Shown in pieces: positions 26,401 to 41,258 of a stretch of 64,000 nucleotides of DNA. The stretch is from assembly GCF_009914755.1 (NCBI RefSeq), contig NC_060936.1. One strand, written 5' to 3'. Position 1 is the stretch's first letter. Each line of letters opens with the position of its first letter. The stretch is from the human T2T-CHM13v2.0 reference genome, Homo sapiens. The notes beneath the pieces are model-generated. The model was not told the DNA's origin, searched no databases, and saw only the letters and a list, made by a program, of their open reading frames with translations. The position numbers were made by a program, and so were the translations under genes.

Positions 26401-27240
26401 GTTTTTCATTTTGGCCAAATATAGGGTCACCTGATAAAAATGACTCTCCTGTGTTTTATTTAAACCTTACGTAGTTCCAGAGAAGCAGAGGAGATTATGT
26501 TGGCCTGTTTAAACTTGCTCTAGATAGAGCAAAGAAACAGTTACAGGCTATTCTTCTTATTATTATTTCTACTCAGAAAATGATTTTGAGCACTAGCCAA
26601 ACCAATAAAAAATTATCTAGTTTACCAACGTTGTCCCATTTATTCCGGGGATTCTTTTTTCCTAATGGGCTACTTTTTAGAATATATAGTATCTAAGAAA
26701 GATTTTCTTCGTGTGTCTAAGGTTATGCAGTGAGTGAAGTACAGGTAATTTCACTTTATGTATTTGAAAAAGAATCAGTAGATGAATGTAATATTATAGT
26801 TAAAATTTTTTGAGAAATTCAAAATATAATCTATACATAAATAAAATATTCATCTCTTTGTGTCAATGTTTTGACTGCCATGAAGATTCTAGTCTGTGAT
26901 CTCAATAGATTTAGTCATACAGTCAATCAATTTAATTGTTAAGCTAGCCCAAATAACATTTTTCAATCCACGATTTCAATTTTCTGGACAGAAACTTAGT
27001 AGAATTGTACTTTACAATGTAGCCATTTATGCATTTTAATATTGAATTTTTGCTCTAATGGGTGATCTACTGAGGTCAGTTTACAAATTTAGAAAGAGGT
27101 ATCTGCAATCTCTCTCTGTGTTGCCCTAGAATATTCAACTCTCTGTAAATCTGCTTAAATCTAAAGTTTAGACTGAGGTTATACAATATAGAAATTGTGC
27201 TAATCCAGACCTGATCATTTGAAATTGATGCTTTTACTAG

Positions 27241-27311
27241 TGTGTGTATATATATATATACACACACGCACACACATCTGTCTGTCTGTCAATCTATCTA
27301 CCTACCTACCT
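27241..27311. repeat. Compound microsatellite (TG)(TA)(CA)(TCTG)(TCTA)(CCTA)
   Basis: Directly visible. Confidence 0.85.
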
Positions 27312-27889
27312 GAGTTATCATATCTAAAATAGTACCTAAAGGCTTTTTGACAGTAAATACATACAGGGTAAATGAAATAAGAATGTGCTCAAACTATGTA
27401 TTTATTTTTGAAACAACAAAGTTTTATTTTGACTATGTCATGAAAAAGAATATGCAACCCTGAACATCATCATTTACCCTGGAGATTAAAATATATTTTA
27501 ATATATTTGAGATCATATTGAAGGTTTTATGAAAAGTGAAGAAATACTCTGCATTGCATTCAAACTGCAGCAGAAATTTTAGTAAGCATTGTGTATTTTC
27601 CAGGTTGGAACTGATCCAGGAATCTAAACCTAATATTGAGGCTAACTGTAGGGTTTGTAAAAAGGAGGCATCCTCAGGGGTTCACACTGGTGGTTCTGAG
27701 GAAGCTTCCTGTGAAGACAGATTGTGCCCTCAAGTCCACACAGGCAAATGCTTCATCATTAACTCACTTTGGAAAAATAAATAAACTATTTTAACAGTGA
27801 GATTTAAAAGGTACAGCTATTGCGTATATTTTCTCCCATATATCATCAAGAAAATTGTGGAAAAAAAATTTAGTAAGTTACCTAAATTC

Positions 27890-28490
27890 TCACTTTTTCA
27901 AAAGCATCTTGACAGTCAATGCTATTTCAAACACTTCACTGACTTTATGTGATACAAAGGACTGACAAATTTAACTATTAAACATAAAAGCTTTCGTACC
28001 TCATAAAACAATTTAAAAGAAGTGAAAAGTAAAATTATAGACTGTGAAAAGATGTTGGCAATACACAAATCTTACAAAGGCTCAATATCAAGAATGCAAA
28101 AGCAATGCCTATAAATTATTAAGACAAGAGAAAAATACTAATGAAATAATGCACAGAGGACAATTGAAATACATTTACTAGAAACAAAAATACATGGAAC
28201 CAAAAATATAGTTATATTAAACATGTTCAAACTTATTTGTGATCAGGAAAATGCAAACCAAGACCATACATATTGATTGGCAAAAAATTTAAATTCTGAA
28301 AATCCCAAAGATAAAAGACAATGTGGACACAAACAAGCTCATATTTTAACAGTACTTTTGAAAAAGGTTTGGTATTACATGTAATTGAACATTTACATAG
28401 CCTTAACCCAGCAATCATTCTCTCAGGTACATAGCCCATAGAGCTTTTTAACATGTGTGCATCAGGAGACATGCACAAGGTTGACAGGGT
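27890..28490 (+). mobile_element. L1ME ORF2-end / 3' fragment
   Basis: tgacaaatttaactattaa...agactgtgaaaagatgttggcaatac...caggaaaatgcaaaccaagacca...aacccagcaatcattctctcaggt. Confidence 0.7.
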
Positions 28491-29068
28491 GAATCCATGG
28501 TTGCTTCTTTTTTAGCCATAATAAAATAAGCCAACCAACAAATGGATACACAAATAAAAGCAGGCTGTATATATCCAATTATTTAAATATAAAAATAAAT
28601 ATTTTGCTTAATTTAATTTGTGTATGTTTTAAGAAAACAAGATAGAATAAAACAAAATGCACAAGCTACAATGAAGGAGATACTAAAAACCAGAGTACTA
28701 ACTAACGCTAGAGCTTCCTGGGTCGGGATGAAGAATTTTGATTTTAGTAATCTGGGCATTTGGTTTTAATGTCCATGCAGAGACAGATGAGCCAAGAAAT
28801 TAGAATGGATAAAGCTGCATAAATCTATTACCTTCAACGTGTTATGGCTTCAGTTAAAAAATGAACCAATATCTCAGGTAGATGTTAAAGAGAAATGTGA
28901 AAGTTCTGGATGAAGAAAAGATTTTCCTTCTTCTCCGGTGAGGCTTAACCACTATCCCGATTCTCAAGACAGTCTGAGGTCTTCATTATCTGTATTTGAA
29001 TTAGGAATTCTGGAAATTTCTAAGCCAAAAATTAACATTATAAAAGGATTAGGTCAGCAGTAGTTCTG

Positions 29069-29147
29069 TTAGGTTGGTATAAAAGTAATTTTGGGTTTGC
29101 CATTAAAAGTAGTGATAAAAATATCAACTACTTTTGCACCAAGACAA
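29069..29147. mobile_element. MADE1 mariner MITE (palindromic)
   Basis: ttaggttggtataaaagtaatt...aactacttttgcaccaagacaa; about 80 bp with terminal inverted repeats. Confidence 0.85.
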
Positions 29148-29779
29148 CAGAAGCAAATTCTATACTTATTTGGAGAATACTCCTCAAAAAACCTAAGAGT
29201 TTTTTTCTTCCCCAAATAAAAAGATCAAGCCTCATGAAAATAAATTTATTGTTGTGTAATTACAAACACACATACATAAACATACACATTTCACTAGGAT
29301 TGAGGAACTTTTGACATGGAACAAAATAGAAAAAGATTAAAACCACAATTTGATGTTGTTATAAAATGAGGATAATTAAAAATACACCGTAGTCATTTTA
29401 ATGATATAAAAGGTAGTCTTTTTTTATTTGAAAATAATTTTAATTAACGTATTCATAAGTGACAAAATGGGAAATTTAACAACTGGAAAATTTTAAAATT
29501 CACAATTATTAAACATACGAGTGAAATAACTGAAATTAAGATCTCAGTGGTTGAGGTCTTTTTTAAAAATTATTACTATACTTTAAGTTTTAGGGTACAT
29601 GTGCACAATGTGCAGGTTTGTTACATATGTATACATGTGCCATGTTGGTGTTCTACACTCATTAACTCCTCATTTAGCATTAGGTATATCTCCTAATTCT
29701 ATCCCTCCCCCCTCCCCCCACCCCACAACAGTCCCCAGTGTGTGATGTTCCCCTTCCTGTGTCCATGTGTTCTCATTGT

Positions 29780-33610
<3,831 letters not shown>

Positions 33611-33673
33611 TATGATGTTAGCTGGTGATTTTGCTCGTTAGTTGATGCAGTTTCTTCTTAGTCTCGATGGTCT

Positions 33674-34694
33674 TTACAATTTGGCATGTTTTTGCAGTGG
33701 CTGGTAGCGATTGTTCCTTTCCATGTTTAGTGCTTCCTTCAGGAGCTCTTTTAGGGCAGGCCTGGTGGTGACAAAGTCTCTCAGCATTTGCTTGTCTGTA
33801 AAGTATTTTATTTCTCCTTCACTTATGAAGCTTAGTTTGGCTGGATATGAAACTCTGGGTTGAAAATTCTTTTAAGAATGTTGAATATTGGCCCCCACTC
33901 TCTTCTGGCTTGTAGAGTTTCTGCCGAGAGATCAGCTGTTAGTGTGATGGGCTTCCCTTTGTGGGTAACCCGACCTTTCTCTCTGACTGCCCTTAACATG
34001 TTTTCCTTCATTTCAACTTTGGTGAATCTGACAATTATGTGTCTTGGAGTTGCTCTTCTCGAGGAGTATCTTCGTGGCATTCTCTGTATTTCCTGAATTT
34101 GAATGTTGGCCTGCCTTGCTAGATTGGGGAAGTTCTCCTGGATAATATCCTGCAGAGTGTTTTCCAACTTGGTTCCATTCTCCCCGTCACTTTCAGGTAC
34201 ACCAATCAGATGTAGATTTGGTCTTTTCACATAGTCCCATATTTCTTGGAGGCTTTGTTCATTTCTTTTTGTTATTTTTTCTCTAAATTTCTCTTCTCAC
34301 TTCATTTCATTCATTTCATCTTCCATCACTGATACCCTTTCTTCCAGTTGATCACATCGGCTACTGAGGCTTTTGCATTTGTCATGTAGTTCTCTTGCCT
34401 TGGTTTTCAGCTTGCCTTGGTTATCAGGTCCTTTAAGGACTTCTCTAAATTGGTTATTCTAGTTAGCCATTCATCTAATTTTTTTTCAAGGTTTTTAACT
34501 CCTTTGCCATTGGCTCGAACTTCCTCCTTTAGCTGAGAGTAGTTTGATCTTCTGAAGCCTTCTTCTCTCAACTTGTCAAAGTCATTTTCCATCCAGCTTT
34601 GTTCCGTTGCTCGTGAGGAGCTGCATTCCTTTGGAGGAGGAGAGGTGCTCTAATTTTTAGAGTTTCCAGTTTTTCTGCTCTGTTTTTTCCCCAT
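33674..34694 (-). pseudogene. L1 ORF1, fragmented
   Basis: ATG GGG AAA AAA CAG at 34694; pieces MENDFDKLREEGFRRSNYS and KRPNL...TPRHIIVRF. Confidence 0.93.
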
Positions 34695-35739
34695 CTTTGT
34701 GGTTTTATCTACCTTTGGTCTTTGATGATAGTGATGTACAGATGGGTTTTTTTTGTGTGGATATCCTTTCTGTTTGTTAGTTTTCCTTGTAACAGTCAGG
34801 ACCCTCAGCTGCAGGTCTGTTGGAGTTTGCTGGAGGTCCACTCAAGACCCTGTTTGCCTGGTATCAGCAGCAGTGGCTGCAGAACAGTGGATATTGGTGA
34901 ACTGCAAATGCTGCTGCCTGATTGTTCATCTGGAAGTTTTGTCTCAGAGGAGTACCTTTCTGTGTGAAGTGTCAGTCCACCCCTACTGGGGGGGTGCCTC
35001 CCAGTTAGGCTACTCAGGGGTCTGGGACCCCCGTGAGTAGGCAGTCTGCCCATTCTCAGATCTCAAGCTGCATGGTGGGAGAACCACTGCTCTCTTCAAA
35101 GCTCTCAGACAGGGACATTTAAGTCTGCAGAGGTTACTGCTGCCTTTTGTTTGTCTGTGCCCTGCCCCCAGAGATGGAGTCTACAGAGGCAGGCAGGCAG
35201 GCAGGCAGGCCTCCTTGAGCTGTGGTTGGCTCCACCCAGTTCGAGCTTCCCAGCTGCTTTGTTTACCTACTCAAGCCTTGGCAATGGTGGGTGCCCCACC
35301 CCCAGCCTTGCTGTTTCCTTACAATTTGATCTCAGACTGCTGTTCTAGCAATGAGTGAGGCTCTGTGGGCGTAGGACCCTCCGAGCCATGTGCAGGATAT
35401 AATCTCCTGGTGTGCCGTTTGTTAAGTCCACTAGAAAAGCGCAGTATTAGGGTGGGAGTGACCTGATTTTCCAGCTGCTGTCTGTGACCCCTTTCTTTGA
35501 CTAGGAAAGGGAATTCCCTGACCCCTTGCGCTTCCCAGGTGAGGCGATACCTTGCCCTGCTTTGGCTCACGCATGGTGCGCTGCACCCACTGTCCTGCAC
35601 CCACTGTCCGGCACCCCCCAGTGAGATGAACCTGGTACCTCAGTTGGAAATGCAAAAATCACCCATCTTATGCATCGCTGATGCTGGGAGCTGTAGACTG
35701 GAGCTGTTCCTATTCGGCCATCTTGGCTCAACCCCCGCC

Positions 35740-36900
35740 AAAATGTAGTCATTTTAATTATAATTAAAATGAATGAAACTATTAAAGAAAAATACAATTT
35801 GAGTAAAGTACATAAAATGAAATTAATAATGGAGAGAGAATAGCAAAAACTATAGAAATAAAGAATATATTTAAGCTTTCAAATTATCAGCTTAAATTAA
35901 AATGCAATTATACAGGTGACCTTACACAGCTAAAGAAGGTTGGTGAACTAGAAGTACCTTAAATAGACTACAGCTCAGAAACTACATAAATAAAATAATA
36001 GAAAATATATCAAGGAATCTGAGCACCAGAAGAAAGAGGCCCAGCAGATACTTAATTGTAATTCAAATAAAAGAGAAAATAAGATAGTGAATTATTTGAA
36101 GTAATAATGGATGTCAAAGACATAACTATAAGACTGAATATAAAACGAGATTACCCAAAAGGAAAGAAGAGACAAAAAATTTTACTCAGATTGTTTTTAA
36201 AATTTTTAAATACTTATGCCAACAAAACACATTTTTGAATACAAAAGGTTTGATATTCCAGATGCAGTCAAGCAAACCCAATGTAATACAGTTTATTCCT
36301 TGTTTAATATTTATCTCCCACAAAGAATGCAAGCAGTGTAAGAGCAGAATTTTTTGTTTCTGTTCACTTCTGTCCATTGTTTACATAAAAGATTATAAAA
36401 TAAAACAGAAAACAAATTTTTTAATAATTAAAAAACTCATTATTGAAGAAAAATATATTGAAGAAAATATAATAGCCAAATCTATATAATTCTATGCCTA
36501 TTATCATATTAATGAAAGCAAAATAAATATATTCTGAGACAAGTAGACTGAATTTTACTCACATTATTATTTCTAGATAATTCTTATGTATATATTTTAG
36601 GAAGAAATAAATTATGTAATGGAAACAATATGAACAAGTCAGTTAATTTAGGAAATATTTGGGTAAATGTAAATTATAAATTTTACAAGCTAATATTAAT
36701 ACTTGGTTTATAACGCAAGGTAAATTGAAATAATAGCACAAATATATCAAGTAATTATGGGGGGGTCAAAAAAGTCTAAGTGTCTTGCCTCATTAAAGAA
36801 GATTTTAAAGGGATTGTTTCACTTTAGACTAAAATACATAACTTCCAAATCACTAGAGGGATGAAAGGAATGTGGTGGTGGTGGTAAGAAGAACTTAATC
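35740..36900 (+). mobile_element. Very old L1ME ORF1-region remnants with a small L2 3' fragment (about 36305-36380)
   Basis: acacagctaaagaaggttggtgaactagaag...; gaattatttgaagtaataatgg; tctcccacaaagaatgcaagc...gagcagaattt. Confidence 0.45.
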
Positions 36901-36925
36901 ACTCCCATAAAAACAAAAGCGAATA

Positions 36926-37223
<298 letters not shown>

Positions 37224-37329
37224 TTAAAAATTCAAAACAGCACCCAAAATATTAGAAATAAACTGACATAAACCAGTCACTACTCTAAATAAAAGTGAAC
37301 TAAATTTATCATTTAAAAATGGAAGACGA

Positions 37330-37560
37330 CACAAGCAAAATGGCAGATTAGGAAGATCCAAGCCTCAGTTTTCCCATGGAAATACCAAACACTACTACAA
37401 ACTAGGAGAAAATAACCTTATAGGAATCTGAGAGGGAGCCAAAAGTCTGCAGCAGCTACGGGAATGCCCAATTAAGAAAAAGCCATATTCTAAGTGGGAG
37501 GAAATCTCATGGTGTTTTTTACCAGCCTTGTCTCACTCTCCAGAGGGGTTAAAGCTGTAG
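37330..37560 (+). mobile_element. Old L1M 5'UTR fragment
   Basis: caaaatggcagattaggaag...ctgcagcagct...aattaagaaaaagcc. Confidence 0.5.
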
Positions 37561-37779
37561 AGAAGTGGAGTTGTGTTTTGTTTTCGTTTTTTTTTTTTTT
37601 TTTTTTTCTGTGTGTGTGTGTATGTAATTCAGCCCATCCATTTTACAGTAATTACTAAGAAAAGTTCTTCAGTTGTAGAACAAAAGATATTGGATGAAAA
37701 TTTGAGCCCACACACACAAAAATTTAAAATGCCAATAATATTTAATATTGAATAAATATAAAATGTAATAAATAATTGC

Positions 37780-39180
37780 CTCTTAGAATCGGGTAGTGAA
37801 GGCTAAGAAGAGTGATGAAGTTGTCTGATTTCAAGAACTAATTATTGGTGAGGTTGTTACTGCCTGGTGGGTTTAGAGGGACATTCACACAGGTGGGTGA
37901 CCTAGCATGGGCTCCAGAACATGATAAATGTGAGAATGTTGTCATTGGATGTGTGTCAATGTAGTTGTGTCAGTGAATCTTAGCACAGGATGCCAGAGTC
38001 TGAGTCAGGTGAGAATGGCATCCACACTTATGGGAAGCAGCCTGGCATGGGGTTTTGAAGCCCTAGTTGGGTGAAGGAGAGGAGGACAATTTCTCTGTGT
38101 GGAAAATCCAAGCCCAGGATGAGAAAGCACCTCCCTTGCATAGGGATGCTGTCTGTCGTGGGTTGTAAGAGCCTGATTAGGGTGAGAAGGGTGTCCACAC
38201 TGGGAGGGGGCTGATATGATGTGGAGTGTCAGGTGGAATTTGGAGAGTGCCACTGTAGAGTCCAAGCCTGCAATAGGGTATTAGAGCTCAATCAAGGTGA
38301 TGGCCTGGTGGAGAGCCTAAAAGGAAAGCCCAACCTGATTGAATTGGAGGGAGCATACACGAGGGACGACAGCCTAGCACAGGATGTTAGACCACCAGCA
38401 GGGTTAGTAGGGCCTCCACATGTGACTGTTGTACAGTGGAGAGTGTTGGACCAGACTGGGGTGAGGAGAGGACCACACAGGGTACCACGCTATGTGTAAG
38501 AGTCCACAGGGGAGAACAGGGTATCCACACTGGGACAGTGATGAGTTCATACGGGGAGTTGACTCACATACGTAAATATATTAAAGATGGTTAAAGTCAG
38601 GTTTCTCACCGGGAAGAGAGTTACAAATAAGAAAAGGGAGAAAATGAAAATAAACACTATAGAATTGGATTGGAATGGTAACGAAAATAAACACTATAGA
38701 ATTGGATTGGAATGGTAATGTAAGTATGGTTTTCAGTATATATGAATAGATATAAAAATGATATAGATGTAAAGGTGTGTGTGTACAAATATGAATATGT
38801 ATTTTCTAACTCTTTCCACAGAGAGTGACTAGAGCAGGAATACCTCTATAACAATGAGTGTAGGCAATACCAGATCTTGTTTTTCAAGTACAATTCTCCA
38901 TTTTCCGCTTAAAGGAACCAGACCTCCTTGCATCAATTGCAAATTGCAGGCCTAGGAAACAGAAAGTTAAAGGTGAACCAGGAACACCTTACTGTGTCAG
39001 AAAATAAGAAAGTGGTAAAAAATTATGGGAAAATATTAAAAGGACACAGGGGCCAGACTGAAAGAGCTCTCCTTGCCAAAAATTAGGGCAATTTGAGGAT
39101 TAGTATAAATAATGACAGCATGGAATTATAACCCATCAAATAACCATTAGTCTGTGCTGATATAATACATTGATGAAAAA
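37780..39180 (+). mobile_element. L1MC4-like 3'UTR containing a degenerate ~60-bp tandem array
   Basis: gtcaggtttctcac...agttacaaata...ttaaaggaaccagacctccttg...gaacaccttactgtgtcagaaaataagaaagt...aaaggacacagg. Confidence 0.7.
38646..38718. repeat. Perfect tandem duplication, period 37
   Basis: gaaaataaacactatagaattggattggaatggtaa at 38646-38681 and 38683-38718. Confidence 0.97.
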
Positions 39181-39741
39181 GTGAGACTTTGAAGCATCAA
39201 TCCAAGAGTCAAACAGAACCCTGTCACATATTAACAGATAATATTAATTTGGCCGTGGTTGCTGTATTCCAAATAGACAGGGGTAGTTCAAAATTTAAAA
39301 TAGATTAATGCCATTTACCACATATATAGATCAATATAGAAAACAATATAAATGTTGTGGCTGTTAAAAGCAGATTTGATAAAATGCAAGGTTTACTTTT
39401 TTAATTAAAAATAACTCTCAATATAAAAGTGTAACTAGTTATCTCATATAAACCAAAGTGGGACGAGCCTCCTAACTGGTCTCTTCCATCTAGCCTTGAA
39501 TGCCCAACCTGCCTCTGCTGGCAATTTCTATTTTTCACATAAGCTAATATTATTTATTTAAAATGTAAATCAAATCAGTTTTTCATTTTCTTAACCTCTT
39601 GTAGCTGTCCACGAACTATATGTGAAAACGAAACTATAAAACACAAAACTGTCAAACATTTGGCAGAAAACAAGAGGTTATCTTCAACGACATTTGAGTA
39701 AGGAAGGATTTCATGAACATGACCAACAACTCACTAAGCCA

Positions 39742-40044
39742 TGTTTGATTGATCACAAGGATTCAGCCTCTGAAACTAGGCAAGGGAGCCTCCTGATGGT
39801 CCTGGACACTGTTCACAGTGGTCTCCACAATCACCAAGTGGAGATCAGAGTTTCAAGCCATACCTCGGAGTTTCCTGACATGTGGTATTTATATTTTTCC
39901 TGAATTTTTCCTGGAGAATGAATTGTAATAGCATGTTTTTCACCATCTTGCTACTCGGGAGTTTCCCTCTCTCTTGTTTCTCAGCAGAATGCAAGCATGG
40001 CTGTTAATAACTTTGTAGAAAATGTCTCTTTCTCAATTAAAACA
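39742..40044. mobile_element. Possible old LTR fragment
   Basis: TG...CA-bounded, LTR-like composition; family not recognised and no TSD. Confidence 0.3.
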
Positions 40045-40544
40045 ACAATGATTCTCTTAGATCACCTGTCCTTTGCTTGTGTAAAGCCTTCAAAGGTTTG
40101 TATCCCTGGGTGATTAATGAGGGGAAAGAAAAGAATTAAAAAAAAAATAAAGCTATTCATTCCAGTTAAAGTCAACGTTGGAGTTTAAAATACAGTAAGT
40201 AAAGCTTAAATTCTTTCAGTTATGTGGATAATATCACAGAAGCAAAAATAAAGGTAATGGAAAGGAAGGGCATAATGTAAAATATATGGGCAGAAAAAGA
40301 GACATTTACCGAGTAAAATAGCTACGTGGGTCACTTAATAGGTTATTAGGCTGAAAACAAAATCATGTAGCATTTTTGCAACTTTAAATGAAAATTAATT
40401 TGATTGATAAAGTAGATAGAATTCAGTGAATTCTTATCCCTGAACTTTTATTTCACATAAAGTTGCAAAGTGGCATTATTTTAATTGATATTCAGAATAT
40501 TATAAACCTAAAGATTCAATTGTTTAAAGTAAGAAAACATTATT

Positions 40545-40660
40545 TTCTGTATAATTTGCAAAGGGATTTCACTGGCATCTCATTAAATCCTCCTAACAAC
40601 CTAAGGTAGGCAGAAATTTTAATCATCATTCTGAGATATGAAAATTTAGTTTCAGCAACT
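40545..40660 (-). mobile_element. MIR SINE fragment
   Basis: atctcattaaatcctcctaacaacctaaggtagg...cattctgagatatgaaaatt. Confidence 0.7.
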
Positions 40661-41125
40661 CAACTTGGATTACTATCCTATAATAATCCTTACATCTATA
40701 TTATCATTATTTAACCTGTTGGCAATTGTCTTTCTTTTATATGACTTCATAGTGTTTGTTACACGAAAGGGTCTTAATACAAAAATTGACATGCACCCCG
40801 ATGAATCAGATTAATTCAGTCTAATACACCTTGACCATAAAATACGCCCATCTTATCATGACATAGTTTTCCTTCCTGGTATTAAGCTTCAAGTCTAATT
40901 ATATCTGTCTTAAAGTACTTGGATCCATTTATTTTAAATGAATCATCTGACAAAAAAAGTACTTAGAGAAAGACTAGGAAGATGAAACAATAATTTGGAA
41001 TTAGAAATAAATATAAGTGAATAAAGAGGATGCTCTAATTTCTTAGAGGAAATCTGAAAGAAAGTTGTAAAAAGAAATGAAAAGAGAATAGAGTATCAAA
41101 AAAAGAAAAAAAAAAAGAGTAAATA

Positions 41126-41258
41126 GGCTGGTCCGAACATACTGAGTTACCTCAAATGACTATTCAAAAACATTAACAGACAGAATTTCTTGTCATACTC
41201 TTTCCTCCCTTCTCACTACTGTACTTGACTAGTCTTAAAAAAAAAAAAAAAAAAAAAA
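41126..41258 (+). pseudogene. Y1 RNA (RNY1-derived) processed pseudogene with poly-A tail
   Basis: ggctggtccgaa...tactctttcctcccttctcactactgtacttgactagtctt (41126-41236) is collinear with human Y1 RNA and is followed by A22. Confidence 0.93.

Noticed and set aside
37850-38540. CRISPR-like array
   Set aside because: Primate DNA, degenerate whole-unit repeats with no identical direct repeats or unique spacers, no cas genes, and it lies in an L1 3'UTR.
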